Positions 29,515 through 38,966 of a stretch of 64,000 bases of DNA are shown piece after piece. Both the position numbers and the translations under genes were made by a program. The number at the start of each line of letters is the position of its first letter. The first letter of the stretch is position 1. Below the pieces are notes generated by a model. The model saw only the letters and a program-made list of their open reading frames with translations. It was not told the DNA's origin and ran no database searches. This DNA comes from a phage. The DNA lies in the sequence record PZ386975.1. One strand, given 5' to 3'.

Positions 29515-29672
29515 AAATTTTACTGTCACTTGGTAGTGTAGCAGTATTTGTTTACCTTCTTTGCAAGTACTATGCAGAGCACAAGAAGTGTGATTACTGC
29601 AACGGGGAAGGGTATACAAGAGCAGGCTGTTGCCCTATTTGTGGCGGTTCTGGTAAAATGTTTAATAAGTAA
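29496..29672 (+). CDS. membrane-anchored DnaJ-type zinc-finger mini-protein (58 aa)
   Basis: Below ORF-track size cutoff; hydrophobic N-terminus then two CxxCxGxG repeats (CDYCNGEG, CPICGGSG). Confidence 0.35.
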   Translation: MQAYWIEILLSLGSVAVFVYLLCKYYAEHKKCDYCNGEGYTRAGCCPICGGSGKMFNK

Positions 29673-29700
29673 TTTAACAGTAAACTAAGAGGAAAGTATT

Positions 29701-32067
29701 ATGCGCATGGTAAACGACCACGCAGAAGTGATTAAGAGTTCAACTTCTTTGGAGACATCTCAAGCACAGATTACAATGACACCTGAAATGTTCAGCCTTT
29801 TAAGTTCAGGTGTATACACATTTAAAGAAAGGGCAGTGATTCGTGAACTGTCATGTAACGCAGTAGATGCTCAAAAAGAAGCTGGAAAAGAGAACATCCC
29901 ATTCCATGTGCATTTACCTACTCGATTTGAGCCTTACTTTGAAGTCCGTGACTTTGGAACTGGTTTAACCCATGACAAAGTAATGAGTTTGTATCTGAAC
30001 TATGGGGCTTCTACGAAGAATGACTCCAATGATTACATTGGTGCAATGGGTATCGGCTCAAAATCCCCATTTGCAATTGCTCAGTCATTCACAGTATCTA
30101 GCTATGTTGATGGTGTTGTTAATAAGTACTCTGTTTACCTTGAGAATGGTATCCCTCAAGTAACTAAGCTTACTACCAACCCAACAAATGAACCCAATGG
30201 TTTAGCTGTACGTGTAGCAGTTGCTGACCATCGTATTTCAAAGTTCTTTGAAGAGGCTGGTCACGTATACTCATACTTTGCTGTAAAACCAGAAAGTAAC
30301 GTTGTATATGATGATGTATTAGCAGATATGAATGTCATTGCCCGTGAAGAGGGTGTTTATGATGCTATGATTCATAAGCAAAGCTGGCGTTCTAGTGGCA
30401 ACAGGACAGAGTTTAATGTGGTGATGGGTAATATTGCCTACCCAGTGAACATGGAAGCATTACTTGGTGATGATTTCTTCAAAGTCTTGCCAGAGTTTTT
30501 CCGTAGGAGCGTAGACCTTGTAAACATCTACATGCCTATTGGTTCAGTGGCTATTGCAGCTTCTCGTGAAGCATTGCAGATGAATGACACGACAAAAAAT
30601 GTTATCATTGAGGCTACTAAAAAGATAACTGAAGCCATTACAAAGGATGTTATCAAGAAAGTTAACAGCCAACCTACACTCATGGATGCTGCACAGGCTT
30701 ATGCTGAGTTACGTTTGAACTCACGAGAGATGTTTAATGCTGTGTGTCCAAAGCTAGAGTGGGGAGGCGTTAAGCTTGATTCTCTGGAAGAAGAATTACT
30801 AAACATTCGTCGTGGGATTATCTACGCAGAAGACGGCTCAGTCATTTATGAACGTGACGGTAAAGGTAATATCAAGGTTGATAGGAACGGGAACAATATC
30901 CCTAAAGTGGATTATCTTTATAATCCAGTTGCTTATGTCAAGTTCAACTCTTTAGAGAGTAAGATTCGTGCAACAGCACTTTCCTACACTCAAGAGGCAA
31001 GTATGTTCAATATCTTTGGTGCAATGCGTAAAAGCCAAATTGAACAGTTTTTGTTCGTGATTAATGACCGTCGTAATAAAAATGGCACTGAGAAGACTGT
31101 AGGCCGCAATCAGATTCTGCGTGGTGCATGTCGAGACTACGCTAACGAGTCAAGCCTGTTCCACAGATACAATGGTATTGTGTTTGTATTCTCGACTGAA
31201 AAAGAGTTAGATGATTTAATCAATCTGCATAAACTTGATAAAAGTTTGTTAAAGATTGTGAAGATGTCTGATAAGGAACACCATTATCAGCGTAAAGAAG
31301 CTGTGAGGGGTGTTGTAAAACTCTGGAAAGCTGTTCCATCAGAAACTAAAGCTTCATACACAGAGGTGTCAGAAGACCTAGATACAATTGAAGAACCCCA
31401 GCTTTATATCAAGGCAGTAGGCGACACAGTTGATGGTGAATGTTTTTGCTCATCCCCAGAAGATGTAGCTAAAACAATTGCTAATGTTATAGGAAAAACA
31501 GTCTATGTTTTCCGAAAAGCAAATTGGAAAAAGATACCAGAAGACTGGATTGAAGTAGATGAGAAGCTATTGAATGACAGCTTAACTGATGTTCACTGGA
31601 TTAATCATAACAGGTATATGACACGTATCTATATGAATGGTGTCCTTGACCTTACAAGTAGTTGGATTATTGCCAGAAACTTTACGTTTAATAACAAGAA
31701 GATTTCTCGCGGGTATTGCTATTCACGAGATACAAACAAAACCATCTTCTTAGAAGGTAATGAGAATGCTGTTGAGGCAATGTTTGGTAAGATTCAGTAT
31801 GTGGCTGCACCGTTTGCATACACTTACACTATCAGTGTTCTTCAGGATTTGAAGTCATGCCTTGACAATGATACAAAACTGTACAAAAAGATTAAGAAAG
31901 CGGGTGACCGCATGGTTATCAAACTGACAAACTACCTTTCAAAAAGAAAACAAGAAAACTTCTTGCTTTCCCATTTAGATTGGAATAAAGTGTCACCCAT
32001 CGAAGTGAGTAAGTTCTTAGGCTTTGATGTGAAGTGTGTTCCAGAAGGGACTACAATTTACGATTAA
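29701..32067 (+). CDS. rIIA: rIIA-like protein with GHKL ATPase domain
   Basis: GHKL N-box ELSCNAVDA, G1 box DFGTGL, G2 box GAMGIGSKS; size and position before an rIIB-like gene. Confidence 0.6.
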   Translation: MRMVNDHAEVIKSSTSLETSQAQITMTPEMFSLLSSGVYTFKERAVIRELSCNAVDAQKEAGKENIPFHVHLPTRFEPYFEVRDFGTGLTHDKVMSLYLNYGASTKNDSNDYIGAMGIGSKSPFAIAQSFTVSSYVDGVVNKYSVYLENGIPQVTKLTTNPTNEPNGLAVRVAVADHRISKFFEEAGHVYSYFAVKPESNVVYDDVLADMNVIAREEGVYDAMIHKQSWRSSGNRTEFNVVMGNIAYPVNMEALLGDDFFKVLPEFFRRSVDLVNIYMPIGSVAIAASREALQMNDTTKNVIIEATKKITEAITKDVIKKVNSQPTLMDAAQAYAELRLNSREMFNAVCPKLEWGGVKLDSLEEELLNIRRGIIYAEDGSVIYERDGKGNIKVDRNGNNIPKVDYLYNPVAYVKFNSLESKIRATALSYTQEASMFNIFGAMRKSQIEQFLFVINDRRNKNGTEKTVGRNQILRGACRDYANESSLFHRYNGIVFVFSTEKELDDLINLHKLDKSLLKIVKMSDKEHHYQRKEAVRGVVKLWKAVPSETKASYTEVSEDLDTIEEPQLYIKAVGDTVDGECFCSSPEDVAKTIANVIGKTVYVFRKANWKKIPEDWIEVDEKLLNDSLTDVHWINHNRYMTRIYMNGVLDLTSSWIIARNFTFNNKKISRGYCYSRDTNKTIFLEGNENAVEAMFGKIQYVAAPFAYTYTISVLQDLKSCLDNDTKLYKKIKKAGDRMVIKLTNYLSKRKQENFLLSHLDWNKVSPIEVSKFLGFDVKCVPEGTTIYD

Positions 32068-32146
32068 AGTGTTTGACAAGGGGCTTTGAAGCCCCTTAGA
32101 ATAGCCTTACAAAATGATTTATTAACTAACAAGAGAGAGTAATAAG

Positions 32147-33256
32147 ATGACTATTAAAACTAAAGCACAGATTGACGCAGAAATTTACAAACTGGTTAAA
32201 GAGGGTAAGCTGACTAAAACAGCTATTGCACAGAAATTTAACACCTCAACCCGTTCAGTCGGTCGTGCTGTAGAGCGTCATGAAGCAACCTTAAAAGGTA
32301 AGAAAAAGGTAGCTTCTAAACCAGCTACGAAGACTTTGAAGCAAGTTGCTAAATCAGTTAAAAAGAAAGCTGGAAAACCAGTTGAAAATGTTGTTAAAGA
32401 GACTGTACAAAAGGCTCCGGTAAATAAACTACACGAAGCTATGCAGAATGGTAACCAGATTGAGTATATGATTACTGGCGATTCTGTTATCATGACTTTC
32501 GGTGCAGATTCTGAAATCGTTGAATCTACCCATCCGAACTACAAAGAAATCGTAATGGCTGTTGTATCCGGTGAGTATAAGAAAGCTTTCGAACTGATGA
32601 ACATTCGTAAATCTATCGAAAACTTCACTCAGGGTGCTATCACCATCAAAGGTGACAAGTTATTCTACGGTACTGTTGAGATGCGTTCTACTCTGGTTGA
32701 CCGTATTCTTCACATGATGAAGACTGGAGATAAAGGTTTTGAACGCCTTGTGATGTTCTTCGAAAAACTGATGGAAAACCCATCTAAAGACTCTGTAGAA
32801 CAACTTTGGGGCTTTGTATCTCACCTTGATGTTGAAATTGATGAAGAAGGCTACATCATTGGTTGGAAGAAAGTCTCTACTCGTGAAGGCAAGCTGGTTG
32901 ACTCCCACACCTACAAAGTACCTAATGATTTGGGTAACATTGTAGAAATGCCACGTTGGATGGTTGATAACAACCGTAACGTGACTTGCTCTCAAGGTCT
33001 TCATGTTGGTGCTTGGGACTATGTTCGTTGCTTCTCAGGTGATACAATCCTGAAGGTTCGTGTCCATCCACGAGATGTTGTATCTGTTCCAACTGATTAC
33101 AACGATATGAAGATGCGTTCGTCTCGTTATGAAGTTGCAGCAATCGTTGATAATCAACGTAAAGTGCTGAAAGCATGGGATGGCAAGACTGAAGCTTTGC
33201 ATGTCATCGTTGGCACTGCTGGAGAACTTATCTCCCAACGTAAACGTGAAATCTAA
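32147..33256 (+). CDS. rIIB: rIIB-like protein
   Basis: Follows rIIA-like gene; N-terminal helix-turn-helix-like segment recalled as similar to T4 rIIB start. Confidence 0.4.
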   Translation: MTIKTKAQIDAEIYKLVKEGKLTKTAIAQKFNTSTRSVGRAVERHEATLKGKKKVASKPATKTLKQVAKSVKKKAGKPVENVVKETVQKAPVNKLHEAMQNGNQIEYMITGDSVIMTFGADSEIVESTHPNYKEIVMAVVSGEYKKAFELMNIRKSIENFTQGAITIKGDKLFYGTVEMRSTLVDRILHMMKTGDKGFERLVMFFEKLMENPSKDSVEQLWGFVSHLDVEIDEEGYIIGWKKVSTREGKLVDSHTYKVPNDLGNIVEMPRWMVDNNRNVTCSQGLHVGAWDYVRCFSGDTILKVRVHPRDVVSVPTDYNDMKMRSSRYEVAAIVDNQRKVLKAWDGKTEALHVIVGTAGELISQRKREI

Positions 33257-33273
33257 TAAGTAATTTCTTAAAA

Positions 33274-33298
33274 GGCTGCTTCGGCGGCCTTTTTTTAT
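33274..33298 (+). terminator. rho-independent terminator
   Basis: ggctgcttcggcggcc hairpin then TTTTTTT. Confidence 0.6.
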
Positions 33299-33357
33299 TT
33301 GTATTTTGTGCAGAGTGCTGTATAATTGTTGTCACGATAAACTAAACAGGAGAACCA

Positions 33358-33906
33358 ATGAAGAAATTGATTCTAGGTTTGTGCTTAATGTTTACAGCAC
33401 ACTTATCTTATGCAGTTGACTGCCCAGAGCTATCAATTAGCCAAAAAGTAAACATGTTAAAAGCTTACCAGTATGGTGAGAATAACATGGGTAAAGGTTG
33501 GGGTATCACTCTAGCTGCTATAGCCTTACAAGAGTCAGAGTTAGGCCTGAATGTAGAGAATAAAAAGACACATGATTATGGTATCTTCCAGAATCACTTG
33601 AAGACTGTTGTAAAGCGTAACAAAATCAGTCCTAATGTGGCTAAAAAGAAACTCTTAAAAGACTTTGACTATGCTGCGAAGGAAACGCACAAAGAGCTTG
33701 AGTTTTGGACAAAGGTGCATGGTCAGCCAAAGTCAAAGAAGACTTTACAAAAAGTTTTAGCATCTTATAATGCTGGGTATTCGTACAAAATCCCTAAAGC
33801 TAAGAAATATTCTCAAGATGTCTATAACAACATGAAAGCGATTGCTCAATGTGAATTTGCAACAAACATTTCTAAGGTAAATCATGAAAAAATTAAGAAA
33901 GTCTGA
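33358..33906 (+). CDS. secreted lytic transglycosylase-like (SLT domain) protein
   Basis: Signal peptide MKKLILGLCLMFTAHLSYA; SLT-like ALQESELG...DYGIFQ. Confidence 0.45.
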   Translation: MKKLILGLCLMFTAHLSYAVDCPELSISQKVNMLKAYQYGENNMGKGWGITLAAIALQESELGLNVENKKTHDYGIFQNHLKTVVKRNKISPNVAKKKLLKDFDYAAKETHKELEFWTKVHGQPKSKKTLQKVLASYNAGYSYKIPKAKKYSQDVYNNMKAIAQCEFATNISKVNHEKIKKV

Positions 33907-34579
33907 TGAAGTATTGTGCCATGCTTATGACTTACATCCTCATGAGTTAGGTCTTGATTCCTGTGTATGGACTCCAGAACAGTGCAGGGATTTTGAAGAC
34001 ACAGCAAGAGAAGTTGTATGTTCACTTGAAGAGTTCCACACAACAGAGCCAATTGTGAATGTTGTAGATAAAGAGACTGGACAAGCTATAGGTGTAAGTC
34101 GTGACAGCTTATTCATAGTCAATAAAGACCTTGTAGAAAAAGGTAACCTCATCTTAGCAGATATTGATGGTGTTCTTACAAATTTTAATCACGAAGATTG
34201 TTCAACGGAATTGACTGATGGTTCATTTTCACAGTACACTAATCTTCTTGACTCTGTAAGAGCAAAACCAACGTATGTTTTCAATATCATTGATGCAATT
34301 GCTAATCATGCTGCCGTTGGACTCTTGACAGCGAGAGGCGAATCTCAGAGAATACCTACTGAGATGTTTTTAAGGCATAACACAGAGCATGATTATATGC
34401 TTTTTATGCGTGGTTTTGGAACTAACTCTATAAGTGCAGAAAGTTTGAAAGTGAGGATGATTCAGTCTTGCATTCTGCCTTACTTTAATATAGTATGTTT
34501 TATAGAAGATACAGAGAAGAATGTGCAGAAGGTGAACAGAATCCTTCCACACATCAAAACCATGTTAGTTAAACATTGA
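33884..34579 (+). CDS. HAD-superfamily phosphatase-like (5'-deoxyribonucleotidase-like)
   Basis: ILADIDGVLTNF resembles HAD motif I DxDGVL. Confidence 0.4.
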   Translation: MKKLRKSDEVLCHAYDLHPHELGLDSCVWTPEQCRDFEDTAREVVCSLEEFHTTEPIVNVVDKETGQAIGVSRDSLFIVNKDLVEKGNLILADIDGVLTNFNHEDCSTELTDGSFSQYTNLLDSVRAKPTYVFNIIDAIANHAAVGLLTARGESQRIPTEMFLRHNTEHDYMLFMRGFGTNSISAESLKVRMIQSCILPYFNIVCFIEDTEKNVQKVNRILPHIKTMLVKH

Positions 34580-34589
34580 GAGAAAACTT

Positions 34590-35054
34590 ATGAACAATAT
34601 CATTACGGTAGCACTGGACGTTACGGCAAACAAATCTGAAGTAGTTCGTAACATTATCAAGAGCAACTTTGAGGGTAAAATCTTCCGTGCTGTCAATGTA
34701 AAAGCAGACGGCAACATCCGAGAGTATCGTGCTCTTTTGAATGTTAAGAAACACGTCAAAGGTTCTGGTTCAACGACTGCACACAAAGAAAACCTGATGA
34801 CTATCTATGATATGGGGATGGCCTCAGAATTAGGTGCTGAAGGTATCGTTAAAGAAGGTGCTCCGTACCGCTCTTTCAATCTGGAAACTGCTCTTATGCT
34901 TTCCTTTACAAGTGGTTCTAAAACAACTACTTATCTCTTTACTGATGCTGCAACGGTATCTGCTATCAAGGATGGCACTGTCAAAGCTGGCGTAGTTGCT
35001 GCTGCAAAAGCTTCTTCGATGGCTGCGAATATCCTTGCTAAAGTCCTCAGTTAA
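34590..35054 (+). CDS. hypothetical protein
   Basis: ORF with RBS. Confidence 0.4.
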   Translation: MNNIITVALDVTANKSEVVRNIIKSNFEGKIFRAVNVKADGNIREYRALLNVKKHVKGSGSTTAHKENLMTIYDMGMASELGAEGIVKEGAPYRSFNLETALMLSFTSGSKTTTYLFTDAATVSAIKDGTVKAGVVAAAKASSMAANILAKVLS

Positions 35055-35065
35055 GGTTAAGATAC

Positions 35066-35088
35066 AGGCTCCTTCGGGAGCCTTTTTC
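35066..35088 (+). terminator. rho-independent terminator
   Basis: aggctccttcgggagcct hairpin then TTTTT. Confidence 0.6.
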
Positions 35089-35106
35089 ATTTCAGGAGGT
35101 TGTTAA

Positions 35107-35454
35107 ATGACATTTAAAGAGTTCTGTCAAGCTACTTTCATAATTGTTTTCTTAGTTGGGGCAGGTGTCTGGGGAGGATACTCTTACAGAGACTACCAAG
35201 TTGCTGAAACTGAGCTAAACAATCAAAAGCTCATAAGTGTTGCTAAAGATGCTTATCAGGAAGGATTAGTTACACTGAGCACCAATTACAAAAATGATTT
35301 GAAAGATGTGCTTGCTAAGAATAAGCACACAAAAGAGGTACTAACATATGAAAAAACTAAGCCAGAGTTTTATAATGTTTGTGTTACTGATAATTATGTC
35401 AGGGTGTTCAACGAACAAAGTGAACAGTACATTCAAAAACTCCCAAGTAAGTGA
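35107..35454 (+). CDS. putative i-spanin (Rz-like)
   Basis: N-terminal transmembrane helix then charged coiled-coil; overlapped by a lipoprotein ORF in another frame. Confidence 0.4.
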   Translation: MTFKEFCQATFIIVFLVGAGVWGGYSYRDYQVAETELNNQKLISVAKDAYQEGLVTLSTNYKNDLKDVLAKNKHTKEVLTYEKTKPEFYNVCVTDNYVRVFNEQSEQYIQKLPSK

Positions 35455-35617
35455 GAGTGATAAGTACACTCAAGAAGAATCACGGTATATCATCAAAGGC
35501 AACACAGGCAGTGATGTAGCAGCAGCACTTGAGTTCTACCGTGACGGCTTTTACCAGTGTACAATTAAAGCTAATAACCTTATTGACATGATTTTATTAG
35601 GGAATAAGCAGCAATGA
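35348..35617 (+). CDS. putative o-spanin (Rz1-like lipoprotein)
   Basis: Signal peptide with lipobox (IMSGC); start embedded in the preceding ORF. Confidence 0.4.
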   Translation: MKKLSQSFIMFVLLIIMSGCSTNKVNSTFKNSQVSESDKYTQEESRYIIKGNTGSDVAAALEFYRDGFYQCTIKANNLIDMILLGNKQQ

Positions 35618-35883
35618 CAGAGAATCAAGACACTTTCTATGTAGAAGGTTACTTACTGTTGCCACGACCAAAAGAAACTTATATGCGAATTGATTTCTTA
35701 CCAACCATTATGGATAATGTGATGTACCATATCTTTATGCAAGGTGTCACAGCACAACTTAAACATGTTGGTAAAGAGTGCAAAATAAAGATTGACACTC
35801 ATCCAGAAATCAAAGAGAATCACTACACATGGTTCTTACCAGACTCTAAAGAAATCTTAGCAGTTCTTAAAACGAGGAAGTAA
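35614..35883 (+). CDS. hypothetical protein
   Basis: ORF in co-directional block. Confidence 0.35.
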   Translation: MTENQDTFYVEGYLLLPRPKETYMRIDFLPTIMDNVMYHIFMQGVTAQLKHVGKECKIKIDTHPEIKENHYTWFLPDSKEILAVLKTRK

Positions 35884-35885
35884 CT

Positions 35886-36212
35886 ATGCAGATTAATGGA
35901 AGAGACTTTGTAGCCGTTTACTACGAGAAAGGTAAAGAAGTTGGCGTAGCACAAGTATCTTATGGCAATGGTAAGTGGCTATATGGAACAATCGCAGTAG
36001 TAGGAACAAGAAGTGATACAAAAACTTTTAAAGATTGTGTTGAACTTCTTGAAGAATCCATCCATAATCATTGGTGTCTGATATGGATGACTGATAACGA
36101 AGTGATGGAGCGTTTCAAAAAGATTGATATCCACATTGACAGTATTGAGCATGTTGATTTATATGAGCTAACTGAGAAGGTAAACTATGAAAGTAATACT
36201 AGCCAGAGATAA
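35886..36212 (+). CDS. hypothetical protein
   Basis: ORF in co-directional block. Confidence 0.35.
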   Translation: MQINGRDFVAVYYEKGKEVGVAQVSYGNGKWLYGTIAVVGTRSDTKTFKDCVELLEESIHNHWCLIWMTDNEVMERFKKIDIHIDSIEHVDLYELTEKVNYESNTSQR

Positions 36213-36420
36213 AAAGACCCGCAAGATTGTACGTTCAGCAGTATTCATAGGGAGAGATGAAGTCGTCCCGTTTGCAGGGGAAGATGTGCTAACTTATAAG
36301 AAGGGTTTAAAACGTAAATTCAGTGACCGTTTACGCGGCTTCATCTCTGAACCATTAGAAGATTTCAAAAGTCGCTGTGGCGAAGGCATCATCATTCAAG
36401 AGGCAATTATTCATGGCTGA
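36187..36420 (+). CDS. hypothetical protein
   Basis: ORF in co-directional block. Confidence 0.3.
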   Translation: MKVILARDKKTRKIVRSAVFIGRDEVVPFAGEDVLTYKKGLKRKFSDRLRGFISEPLEDFKSRCGEGIIIQEAIIHG

Positions 36421-36613
36421 TTTCTGCAAAGATTGTGCTATCGAAATGTTTGGACGTGATACAGGTGACTTAAAAGGTCTCATCACTGAAGATGACTTTA
36501 AAGCTGGCTATGCAATGCCAGTAATCTGTGAAGGTTGTGGGTGCATCTGGGTAGACCACGAAGGGCAACGTGTAAAACCTTCAGAAGATAAAGAATCTTG
36601 GGAGAGATGTTAA
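36377..36613 (+). CDS. small zinc-binding protein
   Basis: CKDC...CEGCGC cysteine clusters. Confidence 0.35.
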   Translation: MAKASSFKRQLFMADFCKDCAIEMFGRDTGDLKGLITEDDFKAGYAMPVICEGCGCIWVDHEGQRVKPSEDKESWERC

Positions 36614-37399
36614 ATGGGTATTGTAAAAATCATCAATGGTGATATCTTTGCAGCATTTGATAAAGGTAAGTTTGACGTCATTGGTCACGGTTGCAACTGT
36701 ATGAATTTAATGGGTGCAGGTATCGCTGACAAGATTTCTAAACTTTACCCAAAAGCATATGAGACTGATACAGAAGTTTATCTATATGCAGGCGGTATAG
36801 GCCACAAACCCTGTGAAAATTTACTGGGTAATTTCTCCGTAGCACGTTTAAAACAAGGTCGTATAGCTAACCTTTACACTCAGCTTAAGACTGGTAAAGA
36901 TGCCAGATACAGTGCTTTAGAGTCATCTTTGAAACAGCTTAACAGATACTGTGAAGTCAACCAGTTGAAGAAGGTTGGTCTACCTATGATTGGTGCAGGT
37001 ATCGGTGGGCTAGACCCTCAAGCCGTCACAGTTATCATTAATCAGGTGATGAAGAGTGTAGATGTGTATCTTTATGTCTACGAAGGAGAGATGTACCACA
37101 AGTTACGCTCAGGTTGGAAGAACTACTGTGAACCAGAATACTTTGCAGGTGTAGTAGTGTTCACTAATGATGCAGTTACCCTCTTCAGACGAAGAAAAGG
37201 TAAGATACATCAAAGTAACCCTCCGGTTGAAAAGATGTCTCTAAGTAACGCTCTAGTTACCCACCTGTCGAAGAGCAGTCACAGGATTGCAGTAACATTT
37301 GGCAGTGATGCAGATGCTTACATCTATGCAAGAACTGATGAGGATATCGAGACGGTTTTCTCTTCACCAGAGCTTACCTTCTTAGACGCAAAGAACTAA
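36614..37399 (+). CDS. macrodomain protein (TARG1/OARD1/DarG-like ADP-ribose processing)
   Basis: GDIFAAFDKGKFDVIGHGCNCMNLMGAGIA and LPMIGAGIGGL resemble the TARG1-type macrodomain (GDLF...AHCISEDCRMGAGIA; PRIGCGL) as recalled. Confidence 0.55.
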   Translation: MGIVKIINGDIFAAFDKGKFDVIGHGCNCMNLMGAGIADKISKLYPKAYETDTEVYLYAGGIGHKPCENLLGNFSVARLKQGRIANLYTQLKTGKDARYSALESSLKQLNRYCEVNQLKKVGLPMIGAGIGGLDPQAVTVIINQVMKSVDVYLYVYEGEMYHKLRSGWKNYCEPEYFAGVVVFTNDAVTLFRRRKGKIHQSNPPVEKMSLSNALVTHLSKSSHRIAVTFGSDADAYIYARTDEDIETVFSSPELTFLDAKN

Positions 37400-37472
37400 G
37401 AAACTTCGTAGTATATTCACAATAGACTAAGCCTTTCTTATCTGGTAAATTTTTCAGGTAAGGAGGGCTTTT

Positions 37473-37655
37473 TCATTTCAGAATTGTGCAGGTAGAGTTC
37501 TGTAGAGAAATCTATAGAGAAAATTTTGAACTCCAAAGAGAAAATTCATTTTCAAACTGTGCAGGTAATCTCCAAAGAGCTTTTCCATTTTCAAAACGTG
37601 CAGACCCCACTCAGGTCGGGCAAGAAAAATCATTTTAGAATTGTGCAGGTAGGTG
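37473..37655 (+). repeat. four direct repeats of about 22 bp (CATTTTCARAAYTGTGCAGGTA)
   Basis: Copies near 37476, 37546, 37585, 37632 in an ORF-free gap upstream of the small-gene array. Confidence 0.6.
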
Positions 37656-37827
37656 GGTGTAGGTGGGGCTGTCGCCATTTCTCACAAGGCTACCACATAT
37701 GAAAATAAAAGTCAACAGAAAAATTTGTAGCGGATTGAAAAATAATTCTTGATTGTAGTTCTGTTTTGTGGTAGTCATGCGCGCCCGTTTCATTCCATTT
37801 TTGCAAAAATATTTTTAAAATTTTTTA

Positions 37828-37856
37828 TTGACTCTTTGAACGGGTTTTTATAGTAT
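37828..37856 (+). promoter_or_regulatory. sigma70-like promoter
   Basis: TTGACT, 17 nt spacer, TAGTAT; upstream of first array gene. Confidence 0.5.
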
Positions 37857-37906
37857 TTGCATCAGACGGGCAATCAAGCCCACTTCCTAAACTGGAGAAT
37901 CTAAAA

Positions 37907-38113
37907 ATGCTTTACAGTCGTGAATTGATGGTTACAACTAACGTTAACACAAAGGTAAAACGTTTTTACATGCAAATTTGTGGCGTATGGTCTAGAATAT
38001 CAGAGGCTGACTATTGCAACTATGTAGGAACAGCTATAGAATCTAATTGCTACCTTACAAGAAACACTAAGAACTTTATAAGACAGACAGCAATTTACTA
38101 CTACGATAAATAA
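37907..38113 (+). CDS. array gene 1, hypothetical (68 aa)
   Basis: Own promoter and RBS. Confidence 0.4.
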   Translation: MLYSRELMVTTNVNTKVKRFYMQICGVWSRISEADYCNYVGTAIESNCYLTRNTKNFIRQTAIYYYDK

Positions 38114-38203
38114 AAAGTACTTTACAGGGGGCTTATAAGGCTGTACAGTAAGCCCCAGATAAAGAGCTTTACCACATTAACCCTTAAACTAGGAGATTCT
38201 AAA
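38113..38203 (+). promoter_or_regulatory. type A promoter-hairpin cassette
   Basis: AAGTACTTTACA, stem GGGGCTTA/TAAGCCCC with variable loop, AGATAAAGAGCTTTACCAC, RBS AGGAGA, ATG. Confidence 0.55.
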
Positions 38204-38587
38204 ATGGCATATCGCGCACCTAAATTCATCAATAAAGACAACTTTCGCAACGCACTGGAGAAGTCACTTGATGAGAATTTTAAAGGCAACGTTATTGTTG
38301 TTCACTCGTTTAATTTCAAGTATGATATCAACGGGAATAAAATCAACCATTACACGGCAACCATGATAGATGGTACACTATCAAGTGAAAAAGCCATTTT
38401 GCATGCACTTGCTGGACGTGGTAAAAACCTGATAAAATGTGATAAGAGACGTTATCAGGGTGGCGCATATGGTTATGATGATGCTGTTTATCATCTTGAA
38501 AATATGGGCTATCAAGTAGAAAAAGCTGGAGCGTCTCAAATAATCGGTAGTGATGGTTACGTAACTATCTTCAAAATTAACAAATAA
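38204..38587 (+). CDS. array gene 2, hypothetical (127 aa)
   Basis: Preceded by type A cassette; ends ...KINK. Confidence 0.45.
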   Translation: MAYRAPKFINKDNFRNALEKSLDENFKGNVIVVHSFNFKYDINGNKINHYTATMIDGTLSSEKAILHALAGRGKNLIKCDKRRYQGGAYGYDDAVYHLENMGYQVEKAGASQIIGSDGYVTIFKINK

Positions 38588-38672
38588 AGTACTTTACAAG
38601 GGGCTTATAGTTCGATAAAGTAAGCCCCAGATAAAGAGCTTTACCACTCAATCCTAAATTGGAGAACTAAAA
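38588..38672 (+). promoter_or_regulatory. type A promoter-hairpin cassette
   Basis: Near-identical to cassette at 41437-41522. Confidence 0.55.
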
Positions 38673-38966
38673 ATGGCTATTATCAAAAACGTTGTAATTG
38701 CTGCAAAAACTCGTGATGACGCTCGCGTTATGGCTAAAAAGTTATGCGGGAAAGTGGTTGACAACGGAAAACAATCTGCTGTAAGGTGGGGCGTGAAGGC
38801 TGATAAACAGTTGAAGTTAAAAAATTCACCGATAAACCTTTTTACATGTGTAAACACTATCGGGAAGACAACTGTATACACGAAAAAGGCATACATTAGA
38901 CGCGTAGCATTAACATCCCCCATTCGTACAATGAGAAGTTATGCAAAGCTGAAAATTAACAAATAA
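38673..38966 (+). CDS. array gene 3, hypothetical basic protein (97 aa)
   Basis: Preceded by type A cassette; ends ...KINK. Confidence 0.45.
   Translation: MAIIKNVVIAAKTRDDARVMAKKLCGKVVDNGKQSAVRWGVKADKQLKLKNSPINLFTCVNTIGKTTVYTKKAYIRRVALTSPIRTMRSYAKLKINK

Noticed and set aside
37478-37678. Minus-strand 66 aa ORF in the direct-repeat region
   Set aside because: Lies across the four direct repeats on the strand opposite to all neighbouring genes; reading frame is a by-product of the repeats
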